From: Longimicrobiales bacterium
Lineage (GTDB): Bacteria; Gemmatimonadota; Gemmatimonadetes; Longimicrobiales; Gaopeijiaceae
Direction of reading: 5' to 3'
Assembly (NCBI GenBank): GCA_965202805.1
Contig: OZ241869.1
Coordinates: 2,432,001-2,496,000, forward strand
Length of the DNA stretch: 64,000 nt
Shown here in pieces: positions 1 to 8,716 of this stretch (the stretch's first letter is position 1; the number at the start of each line of letters is the position of its first letter). A program made the position numbers and the translations under genes. The notes under the pieces were generated by a model that had not been told where the DNA came from, made no database searches, and worked only from the letters and a program-made list of their open reading frames with translations.

Positions 1-19
1 AATCGTCAGGAGGAACGAG

Positions 20-1090
20 ATGGCCCGCACACGCAAGGCAAGGTGGATGCTTTTCGCCCTGGTGATTGCCGCAAACACCGTTTCAATGACCGCGCACGCG
101 GGCGCGCAGGAGCCGGCGGCCTGGCGCGCCGGAGAGGAACTGGTCTTCCACACCTTCTCGATCGCGGCGATCGATCCCGCGACCGGGGAGTCGGGGGTGG
201 CGGTCACCACCCGCAACGCCTGCGTGGGCAACGGCGTGCCCTGGGTGCGCAAGGGGGTGGGCGCGGTGGCGACCCAGGCGGCCACCCGCACCGAATACGG
301 CTACGAGCTCCTCGACTTGATGGAGCAGGGGGTATCGCCGGAGGAGGCCCTGACCCGGCGCCTGGCGGAAGACGAGAACGCCGCCCGGCGCCAGATCGGC
401 GTCATCGGCGTGGACGGCCGTTCGACCCAGCACACCGGAACCAACAGCCGGTGGGCCGGCCACCGCGCGGGCCCGAGCTACGTCGCCCAGGGCAACACGC
501 TGGTCGGGCCCGAGGTGATCGACGCCGTGGCCGGGAGCTTCGAGTCCACCGAGGGCACGGCCCGCCACCTGGCCGACCGTCTCATCGAGGCGCTGCAGGC
601 CGGACATCTGGTGGGCGGGGACGCGCGCCACGGCGAGGCCCAGTCCGCCGCGGTCATCGTCGCCGATCCGCGCCCGGGGATGGCCCGCCGGGAGGACGGC
701 CTCACCGTCCAGATCAACGTCTGCGAGCACGAGGACCCGCTCGCCGAGATGCGCCGCATCTACGACAACATCTCCGAGACCCTCGGCTTCCGCACGCTCC
801 AGCAGGAGATCGGCCGCGACGTGTACCAGCTCAAGCTCATGCTGCACGAGCTGGGCCATTTCCGCCCCGACGCCGACGATGTCTCGCCCGAGGATGAGGA
901 CTGGAACGTCTACACCCAGGAAGCCGTGGATGCCGTCGACGCGTATCGGGCCGCGCAGGGATGGCGCACGACGGTCCCGGGGTATGTCGACGCGGCAACC
1001 ATCGAACGCCTCTGGAGCCAGTTGGAGGAGGAAGGGAGGGCCGAGGACGTCCGCAGACGCCTGCTGGAGGTCCAGCGCATTCGGAGATAG
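20..1090 (+). CDS. DUF1028 (Ntn-hydrolase-like) secreted protein with C-terminal peptidoglycan-binding-like domain
   Basis: RBS aggagg; signal peptide; HTFSIAAID..GVAV, GVGAVATQA, QGNTL, GGDAR..QSAA motifs; C-terminal DV.QLK.ML.ELG...GYVDAAT. Confidence 0.85.
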   Translation: MARTRKARWMLFALVIAANTVSMTAHAGAQEPAAWRAGEELVFHTFSIAAIDPATGESGVAVTTRNACVGNGVPWVRKGVGAVATQAATRTEYGYELLDLMEQGVSPEEALTRRLAEDENAARRQIGVIGVDGRSTQHTGTNSRWAGHRAGPSYVAQGNTLVGPEVIDAVAGSFESTEGTARHLADRLIEALQAGHLVGGDARHGEAQSAAVIVADPRPGMARREDGLTVQINVCEHEDPLAEMRRIYDNISETLGFRTLQQEIGRDVYQLKLMLHELGHFRPDADDVSPEDEDWNVYTQEAVDAVDAYRAAQGWRTTVPGYVDAATIERLWSQLEEEGRAEDVRRRLLEVQRIRR

Positions 1091-1097
1091 GCCGGAG

Positions 1098-1140
1098 GCC
1101 ATATTCCCATATCATCGATATGGAAAGCCATATGAGGCCA
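1098..1140. promoter_or_regulatory. AT-rich dyad (ccatatc-atc-gatatgg), candidate operator of the ABC operon
   Basis: Perfect 7-bp inverted repeat at 1107-1123 in an AT-rich intergenic gap, just upstream of RBS caggag. Confidence 0.4.
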
Positions 1141-1149
1141 CAGGAGACG

Positions 1150-1956
1150 ATGACGAGCGATGTCCGCACGCGCCCGGCGGAGGTTCGGCCGGCGGTGCCG
1201 GCGCTGGCCCTCGCCCTCGCCACGTGCCTGCTGGCCGCCGCCCCCACCCCCGCCCCCGCCGCGGCCCAGACCGACCCGGAGGTGCTAGCCATCATCGACG
1301 AGGTCGACCGCCTCATGCGCGGCGAGTCGAGCACGGGCCGCATGCGCATGGAGATCGACACCGAGAACTGGTCGCGGTCGCTGGAGATGCGGGTCTGGTC
1401 GCTCGGGACCGAGCACTCGCTGATTCGCGTGGAGAGCCCGCCGCGCGAGGCCGGCACCGCCACCCTCAAGGTCGAAAACGAGGTCTGGAACTACCTGCCG
1501 CGGGCCGACCGGACCATCAGGATCCCGCCCTCGATGATGCTCGGCTCGTGGATGGGCTCGCATTTCACCAACGACGACCTGGTGAAGGAAAGCCGCATCA
1601 TCGAGGACTACGACATCGTCATCTCCTTCGAAGGGGCGCGCGACGGCGACGAGGTCTGGGAGTTCACCCTGACGCCCAAACCGGAGGCGCCGGTGATCTG
1701 GGGGCGCATCGAGCAGGCGATCCGCAAGCGCGACCGCATGCCGCTGTGGGCGCGCTACTTCGACGAGGACGGCACTCTCTCGCGCACCATCACCTTCTCG
1801 GATTTCGGTCCCATGGGCGGGCGCACCGTGCCCGCGCGCACGATCATCGAACCCGCCGACGGCGACGAGCGGACGGTGGTCACCTACCTGGAGCTCGAGT
1901 TCGACATCGATGTCGACGAGGGCTTCTTCAGCCTGCGCAACCTGCGGGCGCGCTGA
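1150..1956 (+). CDS. Outer membrane lipoprotein-sorting (LolA-like) protein
   Basis: Signal peptide; P.REAGTATLK..NEVWNYLPR..RTIRIPPSMM..SWMGSHFTNDDL; ends FFSLRNL; start chosen by RBS caggag. Confidence 0.88.
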   Translation: MTSDVRTRPAEVRPAVPALALALATCLLAAAPTPAPAAAQTDPEVLAIIDEVDRLMRGESSTGRMRMEIDTENWSRSLEMRVWSLGTEHSLIRVESPPREAGTATLKVENEVWNYLPRADRTIRIPPSMMLGSWMGSHFTNDDLVKESRIIEDYDIVISFEGARDGDEVWEFTLTPKPEAPVIWGRIEQAIRKRDRMPLWARYFDEDGTLSRTITFSDFGPMGGRTVPARTIIEPADGDERTVVTYLELEFDIDVDEGFFSLRNLRAR

Positions 1957-1966
1957 CGAAGGCCAT

Positions 1967-3229
1967 ATGAGCCACGCCGCGGGCCGCATCTGGTGGCGCA
2001 TCGCCTGGCGCAACATGTGGCGCAACCGGCGTCGCACCCTGCTCACCGCGTCGGCGCTCGCCTTCGGGTTCGTGGCCTCCGTGCTCATGATCGGATACAT
2101 GCACGGGATGCTGGAGGAGATGATCTCCAACGGGACCGGGGTGGCAACCGGCCAGGTCCGGATCCATGCCGAGGACTACGAGCCCGAACGCAGCATCCAC
2201 GACACCATGGGAGGCCGCGAGGGTCTCGACGTGGACGCGCTGCTCGCCGCCGTGGATGCGCGGCAGGGAGTCACGGGCGCGGCCCCGCGGCTGTACGGTG
2301 GTGGCCTGGTCAGCTCGGGGGACGAGACCGCCGGGGCGGTGCTCATGGGCGTCGACGCCGCCCGCGAGGAGGCGGTGAGCCGCTTCGGGAGCGCCTTGAC
2401 CCATGGGCGCATGCCGGGGCCCGGCGAGATCCTGTTGGGCGACGGGATGGCGGAAACGGTCGGAGCCGGCGTGGGCGACGAAGTCGTGCTGGTGGCTCCC
2501 GCGGCCGACGGCTCCACCGGCAACGACCTCTTCACCGTCTCGGGCATCTTCGGCGTCGGCGTGGGGGCGTTCGACGACGCCTACGCCCTGCTCGAGATGG
2601 GCTCGCTCGCGGAGCTGATGGCGATGGGCCCCGGGCGCATCCACGAGGTGGCGGTGGCGGTGGAGCGCATTCGCGAGCCCGAAGCCACGACAGTGGCGAT
2701 CCGCGAGGCCGTGTCGGCGGTGTCGCCGGGGCTGCGCACCGAGTCGTGGCGGGTATTCCTCGACCAGCTCTACTTCATCGTCGAGTACGCCAACGCGGTG
2801 AACCTCTGGGTCGCGGCGTTCATCTTCGGGATGGCGGCCTTCGGGGTGGCCAACGCGATGCTGCTGGCGACCTTCGAGCGGCGCCGCGAGTTCGCGGTCG
2901 CGCGGGCGCTGGGGACCTCGGGCGGCGGGATCGGCCGGGTCGTGATCTACGAGGGCATCCTGCTGGGGCTCATCTCGCTCGCGGCGGGGGTCCTGCTGGC
3001 CGCGCCGCTGATGATCTACATCCACAACAACCCCATCGACCTGAGCGGCTCGGTCGGCACCTACTCCTTCGCCGGTTCGGCCGTGCGGCCGCTGCTCACC
3101 GTGGAGTACTCCTGGCGGGGGCCCGTGGTGAGCGGCCTCGCCCTGGTGGCCACCGGGATCGTCGCCGCCCTGATCCCCGCCTGGCGGGCCGTGCGCGTGC
3201 CTCCCGCCGACGCGCTGGCGAACCGCTGA
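1967..3229 (+). CDS. ABC transporter permease, FtsX/LolCE/MacB family
   Basis: IAWRNMWRNRRRTLLT start; ERRREFAVARALG; C-terminal IPAWRAVRVPPADAL. Confidence 0.9.
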   Translation: MSHAAGRIWWRIAWRNMWRNRRRTLLTASALAFGFVASVLMIGYMHGMLEEMISNGTGVATGQVRIHAEDYEPERSIHDTMGGREGLDVDALLAAVDARQGVTGAAPRLYGGGLVSSGDETAGAVLMGVDAAREEAVSRFGSALTHGRMPGPGEILLGDGMAETVGAGVGDEVVLVAPAADGSTGNDLFTVSGIFGVGVGAFDDAYALLEMGSLAELMAMGPGRIHEVAVAVERIREPEATTVAIREAVSAVSPGLRTESWRVFLDQLYFIVEYANAVNLWVAAFIFGMAAFGVANAMLLATFERRREFAVARALGTSGGGIGRVVIYEGILLGLISLAAGVLLAAPLMIYIHNNPIDLSGSVGTYSFAGSAVRPLLTVEYSWRGPVVSGLALVATGIVAALIPAWRAVRVPPADALANR

Positions 3230-4482
3230 TGGCCCGCCTGCGCACCCTCCTCCGGCTCGCGTTGCGCAACCTCGGCCGCGAACTGCGGCGCAGCACCCTC
3301 ACCGCGGCGGCCATGGCGCTCGGGCTGGCGCTGCTCGTCCTCTCCCGAACCCTGGCCGACGGCGCGCACGAGGACTGGATCGATGCCGGCGTGAGGCTGG
3401 GGTCGGGACACGTCACCTTCAACGCGCCCGGCTACCGCGACGGCCGCAGCCTGGACGACCGCCTCTCGGCGGCGCAGCTCGAGACAACGCTCGCAGCCGT
3501 GGCCGGGACCGCCCCCCGAAGCACCGCGCTGCCGTCGGTGCGGGTCGCGGTCCGGGGGCTGGCGTCGTCTCCCGACGGAGCCCTTCCCGTGTCGATCGTG
3601 GGCGTGAATCCCACCGTCGAGCCGGCGTTTTCGCGACTCGGCGAGGAAGTGGTCGAGGGCCGCTACCTCGAGGAAGGCGACCGCCTGCACGCTTACATCG
3701 GCGCCTCGCTCGCGGGGCGGCTGGACCTCGGCACGGGATCGCGCATGGTGCTGACGGCGCAGTCCGCCTCGGGCGACATCGAGGGTCAACTGGTGCGCGT
3801 CGCGGGCATCTTCCGGACGAACGTCGAGGCGCTGGACGAGGCGCTGATCCACATCCCGCTCGCGACCGCGCGCTCGTGGCTGGGGGTGGAGGGCGCCACC
3901 AGCGTGGCGGTGCTCCTGCCGCACTCGTCCCTCACCGACCCGGTCGTCGAGCAGGCCGCCGAGGCCGTGCGCGCCGCCGGAATCGAGGTCGTGGGGTGGC
4001 CCGTCACCAACCCGGACCTGTACGCAGCGCTCCAGCTCGACGACGGAGGCGACTGGGCCTTCCACGTCATCCTCTTCATCATCGTGGCCATCGCCATCCT
4101 CAACGCCGTCTTCATGTCGGTGCTGCACCGCAAGCGCGAGATGGGGCTCCTGCGGGCGCTCGGCCTGAGCGGGCGGGAGACGGGGCTCGTCGTCTACCTC
4201 GAGGGGATTCTGCTCACGGCCGCCGCCGGCGTCGCAGGCGCGGTGCTCGGGTTCGCGGTGGTGTGGTTCTTCTTCCGCGACGGGATCGACTTCTCGGGGA
4301 TGATGCCGGAGGACATCATTTTCGGGGGCATCGCCTTCGATCCGGTGATGGTGCCCTCGATGGAGATGAAGCACGTGGTGCAGAGCGCGATCCTCACGGC
4401 ACTCATCGGTGTGTCGGCGTCCCTCTTCCCGGCATGGCACGCGGCCCGCCTGGACCCGGCCGAGTCGGTCAAGGTGGAATAG
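3229..4482 (+). CDS. ABC transporter permease, FtsX/LolCE/MacB family (second copy)
   Basis: TGATG overlap with previous gene; LALRNLGRELRRS; RKREMGLLRALG; FPAWHAARLDPAES. Confidence 0.9.
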   Translation: MARLRTLLRLALRNLGRELRRSTLTAAAMALGLALLVLSRTLADGAHEDWIDAGVRLGSGHVTFNAPGYRDGRSLDDRLSAAQLETTLAAVAGTAPRSTALPSVRVAVRGLASSPDGALPVSIVGVNPTVEPAFSRLGEEVVEGRYLEEGDRLHAYIGASLAGRLDLGTGSRMVLTAQSASGDIEGQLVRVAGIFRTNVEALDEALIHIPLATARSWLGVEGATSVAVLLPHSSLTDPVVEQAAEAVRAAGIEVVGWPVTNPDLYAALQLDDGGDWAFHVILFIIVAIAILNAVFMSVLHRKREMGLLRALGLSGRETGLVVYLEGILLTAAAGVAGAVLGFAVVWFFFRDGIDFSGMMPEDIIFGGIAFDPVMVPSMEMKHVVQSAILTALIGVSASLFPAWHAARLDPAESVKVE

Positions 4483-5253
4483 ATGGCGGGGGAGGCGGGT
4501 CGGATGGCGACGAATGCGGCGACGAGGTCCGCGGCCGACCGCTCGGGGCCTGACGGGCCCGCGGACCATGCGGTTCGAACCGAGAACCTCTGGAAGATCT
4601 ATCCGCAGGAGCCCCGGCCGGTGGAGGCGGTGCGCGGGGTCGACCTCGTCGTGGATCGCGGCGAGTTCGTGGCGATGGCGGGCCCGTCGGGCTCCGGCAA
4701 GACCACGGTGCTGAACCTGCTGGGGGGCCTGACGCGGCCCACGCGCGGAAGCGTCCGGGTCGGCGGTCTGGAGCTCTCGGCGCTGCCGGACCGGGAGCTG
4801 GCCGCGGTGCGCCGGGACCACATCGGCTTCGTCTTCCAGTCCTACAACCTCCTGCCCATGCTGAGCGCGCTGGAGAACGCCGAATTCACACTGCTGCTTC
4901 AGGGCGTGCCCGCGCGCGAGCGGCGCGAACGGGTGCTGCGGCTGTTCCGCGAGATCGGGCTGGAGGGGATGGAGCACCGGCGGCCGCTCAAGCTCTCCGG
5001 CGGCCAGCAGCAGCGGGTGGCGGTGGCACGCGCCGTGCTCGGGGAGCCGGCGCTGGTGCTCGCCGACGAACCCACCGCCAACCTGGATTCAACCACCGCC
5101 GAGGCGCTCCTCGACGTGATGCAGCAGCTCAACCGCGACAAGGGCACCACCTTCGTCTTCTCGACCCACGACCCCCGGGTGATGAAGCGCGCGGGCCGGC
5201 TGATCCGGCTGGTGGACGGGCGGATCGCGGAGGATGTGGTGCGGGGTGGGTAG
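4483..5253 (+). CDS. ABC transporter ATP-binding protein, LolD/MacB-like
   Basis: Walker A GPSGSGKT, IGFVFQSYNL, LSGGQQQRVAVARA, LADEPTANLD, H-loop STHD. Confidence 0.95.
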   Translation: MAGEAGRMATNAATRSAADRSGPDGPADHAVRTENLWKIYPQEPRPVEAVRGVDLVVDRGEFVAMAGPSGSGKTTVLNLLGGLTRPTRGSVRVGGLELSALPDRELAAVRRDHIGFVFQSYNLLPMLSALENAEFTLLLQGVPARERRERVLRLFREIGLEGMEHRRPLKLSGGQQQRVAVARAVLGEPALVLADEPTANLDSTTAEALLDVMQQLNRDKGTTFVFSTHDPRVMKRAGRLIRLVDGRIAEDVVRGG

Positions 5254-6436
5254 GGTCGTCCTCGCTCTCCTTCATCTCGTCGCTTCATTCGCCGCGCCGG
5301 CCGCCGCCCAGCAGCCGGGCCTCTCCGGCTACTACCTGAACGTCGCCACGCATGTGCAGGAGAGCGTGCTCGGGCCGGCAGGCGCGTCGGATGTGCAGCG
5401 CCTGCGCCTCATGTGGAACGCGTCGCCCGGGCCGGTGCGCCTGGACGCCGCGTACGAGCAAGCCCTGACGCTGCGTCAGGCCGGCGCGCCCGGCGCGCAG
5501 CTCTTCACCGCGGCCGGGGCGGTCTCGGGAGGAGACTGGTTCTCGCTGGGCGGCGAGTTCCACTCCGGCGAGCGCGCGGTGTGGCGGCACCGGTTCGACC
5601 GGCTGAACCTCCGCCTCGACCTGGGCGGCAGCGCCGACCTCACCGTCGGCCGGCAGCCGGTGTCATGGGCAACCACCCTCGTGCTCACCCCCGCCGACCC
5701 CTTCTCCCCCTTCGACCCGGCCGATCCCTTCCGCGAGTACCGAATCGGGGTGGACGCCGCGCGCCTCCGCTATTACCGCGGGGCGTTCACCCAGTTCGAG
5801 GTCGTCGCCCGCCCCGCCCGCATCGCCGAGCGCGAGACGCTCACCCTGCTCGGGCGCGCGAGCACCAACGCCGCCGGCTGGGACGCGGGGGGATGGGCGG
5901 GCATGGTCCACGACACCTTCGGCGCGGCGGCCTTCCTGAGCGGCGCCGTGGGGCTGTGGGCGCTCAGGGCCGAAGCGGCCGTGCGCGACCTGGACGGCCG
6001 GACGTCGCTGCGCGCCGCCATCGGGCTCGACCGCACCTTCCCGATCGCGGAACGCGACCTGTACATCGTCATCGAGTACCAGCACGACGGCCTGGGCGCG
6101 ACATCCCCGGACGAGCTCCTCGCCGGCGCGAACAGCCGCGCCTTCGCCCAGAGCGAGATGCAGGTCCTCGGCCGCGACACGGGCGTGCTCCAGCTCTCGT
6201 ACCCGCTGCACCCGCTGGTGTCGGCGAGCGCGCTCTGGCTGGGGAGTCTGCGCGACGGATCGTTCCTCGTGTCCCCGGGGCTCGGCTACTCGGCGACGGA
6301 GAGTCTGGCGCTCCGGCTGGGCGCGTTCTTCGGCCTCGGTGACGAGCCGGTGGCCAGCGGTCCCGCGTGGGCGCTCACATCCGAATACGGCGCCCTGCCG
6401 CGCGTGCTGTTCGTGTCGGCGAACTGGTTCTTCTAG
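5246..6436 (+). CDS. Putative outer-membrane beta-barrel protein of the ABC operon
   Basis: Signal peptide (AAAQ); GRQPVSW..., GVDAARL motif; amphipathic strands; terminal aromatic NWFF; start may be 5234. Confidence 0.7.
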   Translation: MGRVVLALLHLVASFAAPAAAQQPGLSGYYLNVATHVQESVLGPAGASDVQRLRLMWNASPGPVRLDAAYEQALTLRQAGAPGAQLFTAAGAVSGGDWFSLGGEFHSGERAVWRHRFDRLNLRLDLGGSADLTVGRQPVSWATTLVLTPADPFSPFDPADPFREYRIGVDAARLRYYRGAFTQFEVVARPARIAERETLTLLGRASTNAAGWDAGGWAGMVHDTFGAAAFLSGAVGLWALRAEAAVRDLDGRTSLRAAIGLDRTFPIAERDLYIVIEYQHDGLGATSPDELLAGANSRAFAQSEMQVLGRDTGVLQLSYPLHPLVSASALWLGSLRDGSFLVSPGLGYSATESLALRLGAFFGLGDEPVASGPAWALTSEYGALPRVLFVSANWFF

Positions 6437-6696
6437 CCCGAACAGTCCCCGGTGGGCAGATGGAGCCGACCGCGACACCACATTACCAACTGACGGTCCA
6501 TCAGGCTCTGCACCTGCTTCAGGGATTCCTCATGCCGGGCGCCGTAGTGCTCCGACGCGGTGTGAAGACAGTGCGCGCAGGTGACATCGCTCACACTGCC
6601 CGTATGGAGGTTGATCTCGTCCCCGGAACACCAGGCGCTCGTCGCATCATCGGGATCCCGCAAGAGATGCACCGGTTCCGCTCCCATGGAGTTCAT
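6433..6696 (-). CDS. Small hypothetical protein (87 aa) with His/Cys zinc-finger-like motif
   Basis: Strong RBS gggaggagga before ATG at 6696; VHL..WC...VTCAHC; AT-rich upstream region. Confidence 0.6.
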   Translation of the reverse strand: MNSMGAEPVHLLRDPDDATSAWCSGDEINLHTGSVSDVTCAHCLHTASEHYGARHEESLKQVQSLMDRQLVMWCRGRLHLPTGDCSG

Positions 6697-7144
6697 GATG
6701 TCCTCCTCCCGCTCGACCGGAGACCGCAATGGTGCTTTTGCGCCTTAAAGATAGCGATTTTCGTATGTACGTAGTGTGTATAAACCCTGCTATTTTCATG
6801 TTGAAATCATGTATTGGCCGAGATTCCCATGTGAAAGCCTCGGCGACCGCCAGGGTTGGCGAGATCGATCCGTAGGCCAGCGGTGAAAGCGCGGCACGTG
6901 TCGGCGATACCATCCAGGTCAGCTGGAGCGCCGTGACGGACGATGATTCGCAATTCCGGGTCGTCGCCCGGGTCGCGCCCGCCTCTCCGGGTGGTGCGAG
7001 CCTGTGGGTTGTCCTCTCAGGGAGTGAGCGGCACCTGATCCGGGCGGGGGGTGAGGTGCGTTGAGGGCCGGGGGCCGGGTTGCGCTGGATTCGTCGTACC
7101 GTCATCCGTATAATCGTTCCTTCCCGTCACCCTCAGGAGATCCC

Positions 7145-7825
7145 ATGAACGGACTCAGACTCTTCGCTACAGCTGCGCTGACGGCCCTGGTCTTCACCGC
7201 CTGCGACGATGGGCTTCCAGTGCGTGTGGAGCCGCCCCCACCGTCCATACCCGTGGGGACGATCTCCGGGTCGGTGACGATCGAAGGGACGGCTGCCGCC
7301 GGCGTCACCGCCACCCTCTCGTCCGGCCCCGGCACCACGACCGGATCGGGCGGCAACTTCGCTTTCGCGGCCGTGGAGGCCGGGACCTACGCGGTCACCA
7401 TCAGCGGCTTCCCCGAGGATGCGACGTTCGCGCAGGTGACGCAGCCCGCGACCATCTCCACGCGTGGGGAGAACGTCCAGCTCGCCTTCGACGGCGAGTA
7501 CGTCCGCTCCTCGGCGGTGGTCGGATCGGTCGTCGCGGCCAAAGCCATGATGAGCGGCAGCGACGGCCAGCCCGAGACGCTGGGCGGCGTGACGGTCACG
7601 CTGGGCGGCGAGCACGCCATGACCGACCCCGTGCAGACCGGCATGAACGGCGGCTTCGCGTTCACCGGGCTCCGCGCCGGCGCCTACACCGTCACCATCT
7701 CGGACTACCCCGAGGACGTCTCCTTCGAGACGGTGAGCGTCGAGCTCGTGGTCGGGGTCGGCGAGGTCGGCAGCGTCGGCTTCACGGGCCACTTCGTCCA
7801 CGCCGCCGCGGCCGAGGACGGGTGA
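7145..7825 (+). CDS. Lipoprotein with two carboxypeptidase-regulatory-like (CnaB/SdrD-type) beta-sandwich repeats
   Basis: RBS caggag; lipobox FTAC; two repeats G.F.F...AG.Y.VTIS..PED..F; TATAAT at 7109-7114 upstream. Confidence 0.8.
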   Translation: MNGLRLFATAALTALVFTACDDGLPVRVEPPPPSIPVGTISGSVTIEGTAAAGVTATLSSGPGTTTGSGGNFAFAAVEAGTYAVTISGFPEDATFAQVTQPATISTRGENVQLAFDGEYVRSSAVVGSVVAAKAMMSGSDGQPETLGGVTVTLGGEHAMTDPVQTGMNGGFAFTGLRAGAYTVTISDYPEDVSFETVSVELVVGVGEVGSVGFTGHFVHAAAAEDG

Positions 7826-7828
7826 ACC

Positions 7829-7856
7829 GTCGGGGCCTGCCGGACCCCGGCTTTGT
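7829..7856 (+). terminator. Possible intrinsic terminator
   Basis: GC stem gtcgggg.../...ccccggc followed by tttgt right after the stop codon. Confidence 0.4.
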
Positions 7857-8080
7857 CGCGCCTCCCAAACAGGGGGCCCGTATTCCGCCGAGCGGCAGTC
7901 GTTGACGCAACCGCCTATATGGCAGGTATATTTGCCACGTTATATTGGGCATTATGCGACAATATAGCGCAGTCGTGGCGGCTCAGCGCACGTTGCCGCG
8001 ACCGGGCAGCGGCAGCCAGCGCCCGACCCCCGCTTCACACAACCCTGGCCGACCGCCACCAGCTCCAACCCGGACGCTCC

Positions 8081-8605
8081 ATGAACGCCATCCGCCACCA
8101 CTCCCTCCCTGTCGTTACCCGCTCGGTCACCTTCCGCGACTTCGTGGTGTTCCAGGTCAAGCTGGCGCTGGACGGGGTCAAGGATGCCGTCCTGATGAGC
8201 CTGTCGATCATCGCGATCGTGATCGACATGATCGCCGGGGGTGGCAGACGTCCCCGGCGCTTCTACGCCGTCATCCGGCTCTGCTCGCGTTTCGACCGCT
8301 GGCTCAGGCTGCACAGCACGAAGGGGTTCGCCGAGACGGGGGAACTGCTCTGGCCGGACCAACCCGGGACCGGCGCCGGAATCGGCGAGCGGCGCGTCCT
8401 GGGATCCGACGCCGACACCCTCATTGAGCGGGTCGAGGACCTTGCGCGGCGCGAGAGCAAGTCCGCGGAGCGCTGGCTGGACGACATGATCGAGCGGCAG
8501 CGCCGGGCCGGCGGGCGCGCGGGCGAAGCTCCGGGCCGGGAGGCGACGGACTACGACCGCGATCTCGAGGACTTCGACCGCGACCTCGGGTCGCGCGGGC
8601 GCTGA
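8081..8605 (+). CDS. Hypothetical protein with one hydrophobic segment
   Basis: Typical codon usage; FRDFVVFQVKLALDGVKDAVLMSLSIIAIVIDM; C-terminal 21-bp duplication; start uncertain. Confidence 0.7.
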   Translation: MNAIRHHSLPVVTRSVTFRDFVVFQVKLALDGVKDAVLMSLSIIAIVIDMIAGGGRRPRRFYAVIRLCSRFDRWLRLHSTKGFAETGELLWPDQPGTGAGIGERRVLGSDADTLIERVEDLARRESKSAERWLDDMIERQRRAGGRAGEAPGREATDYDRDLEDFDRDLGSRGR

Positions 8606-8716
8606 GACGACGGGCCGCGGCACCGGCGCGCGTCCCGCCTCCACATCTCTGGCGCACATCCCTCCATCGGGGCAGTTTGCGAGGGAGAATCGGACCATCC
8701 TCCAGGAGACTGCGCC

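Noticed and set aside
6872..6874. In-frame TAG as pyrrolysine or readthrough
   Set aside because: No pyl genes in the window and no recognisable host protein; decay is simpler
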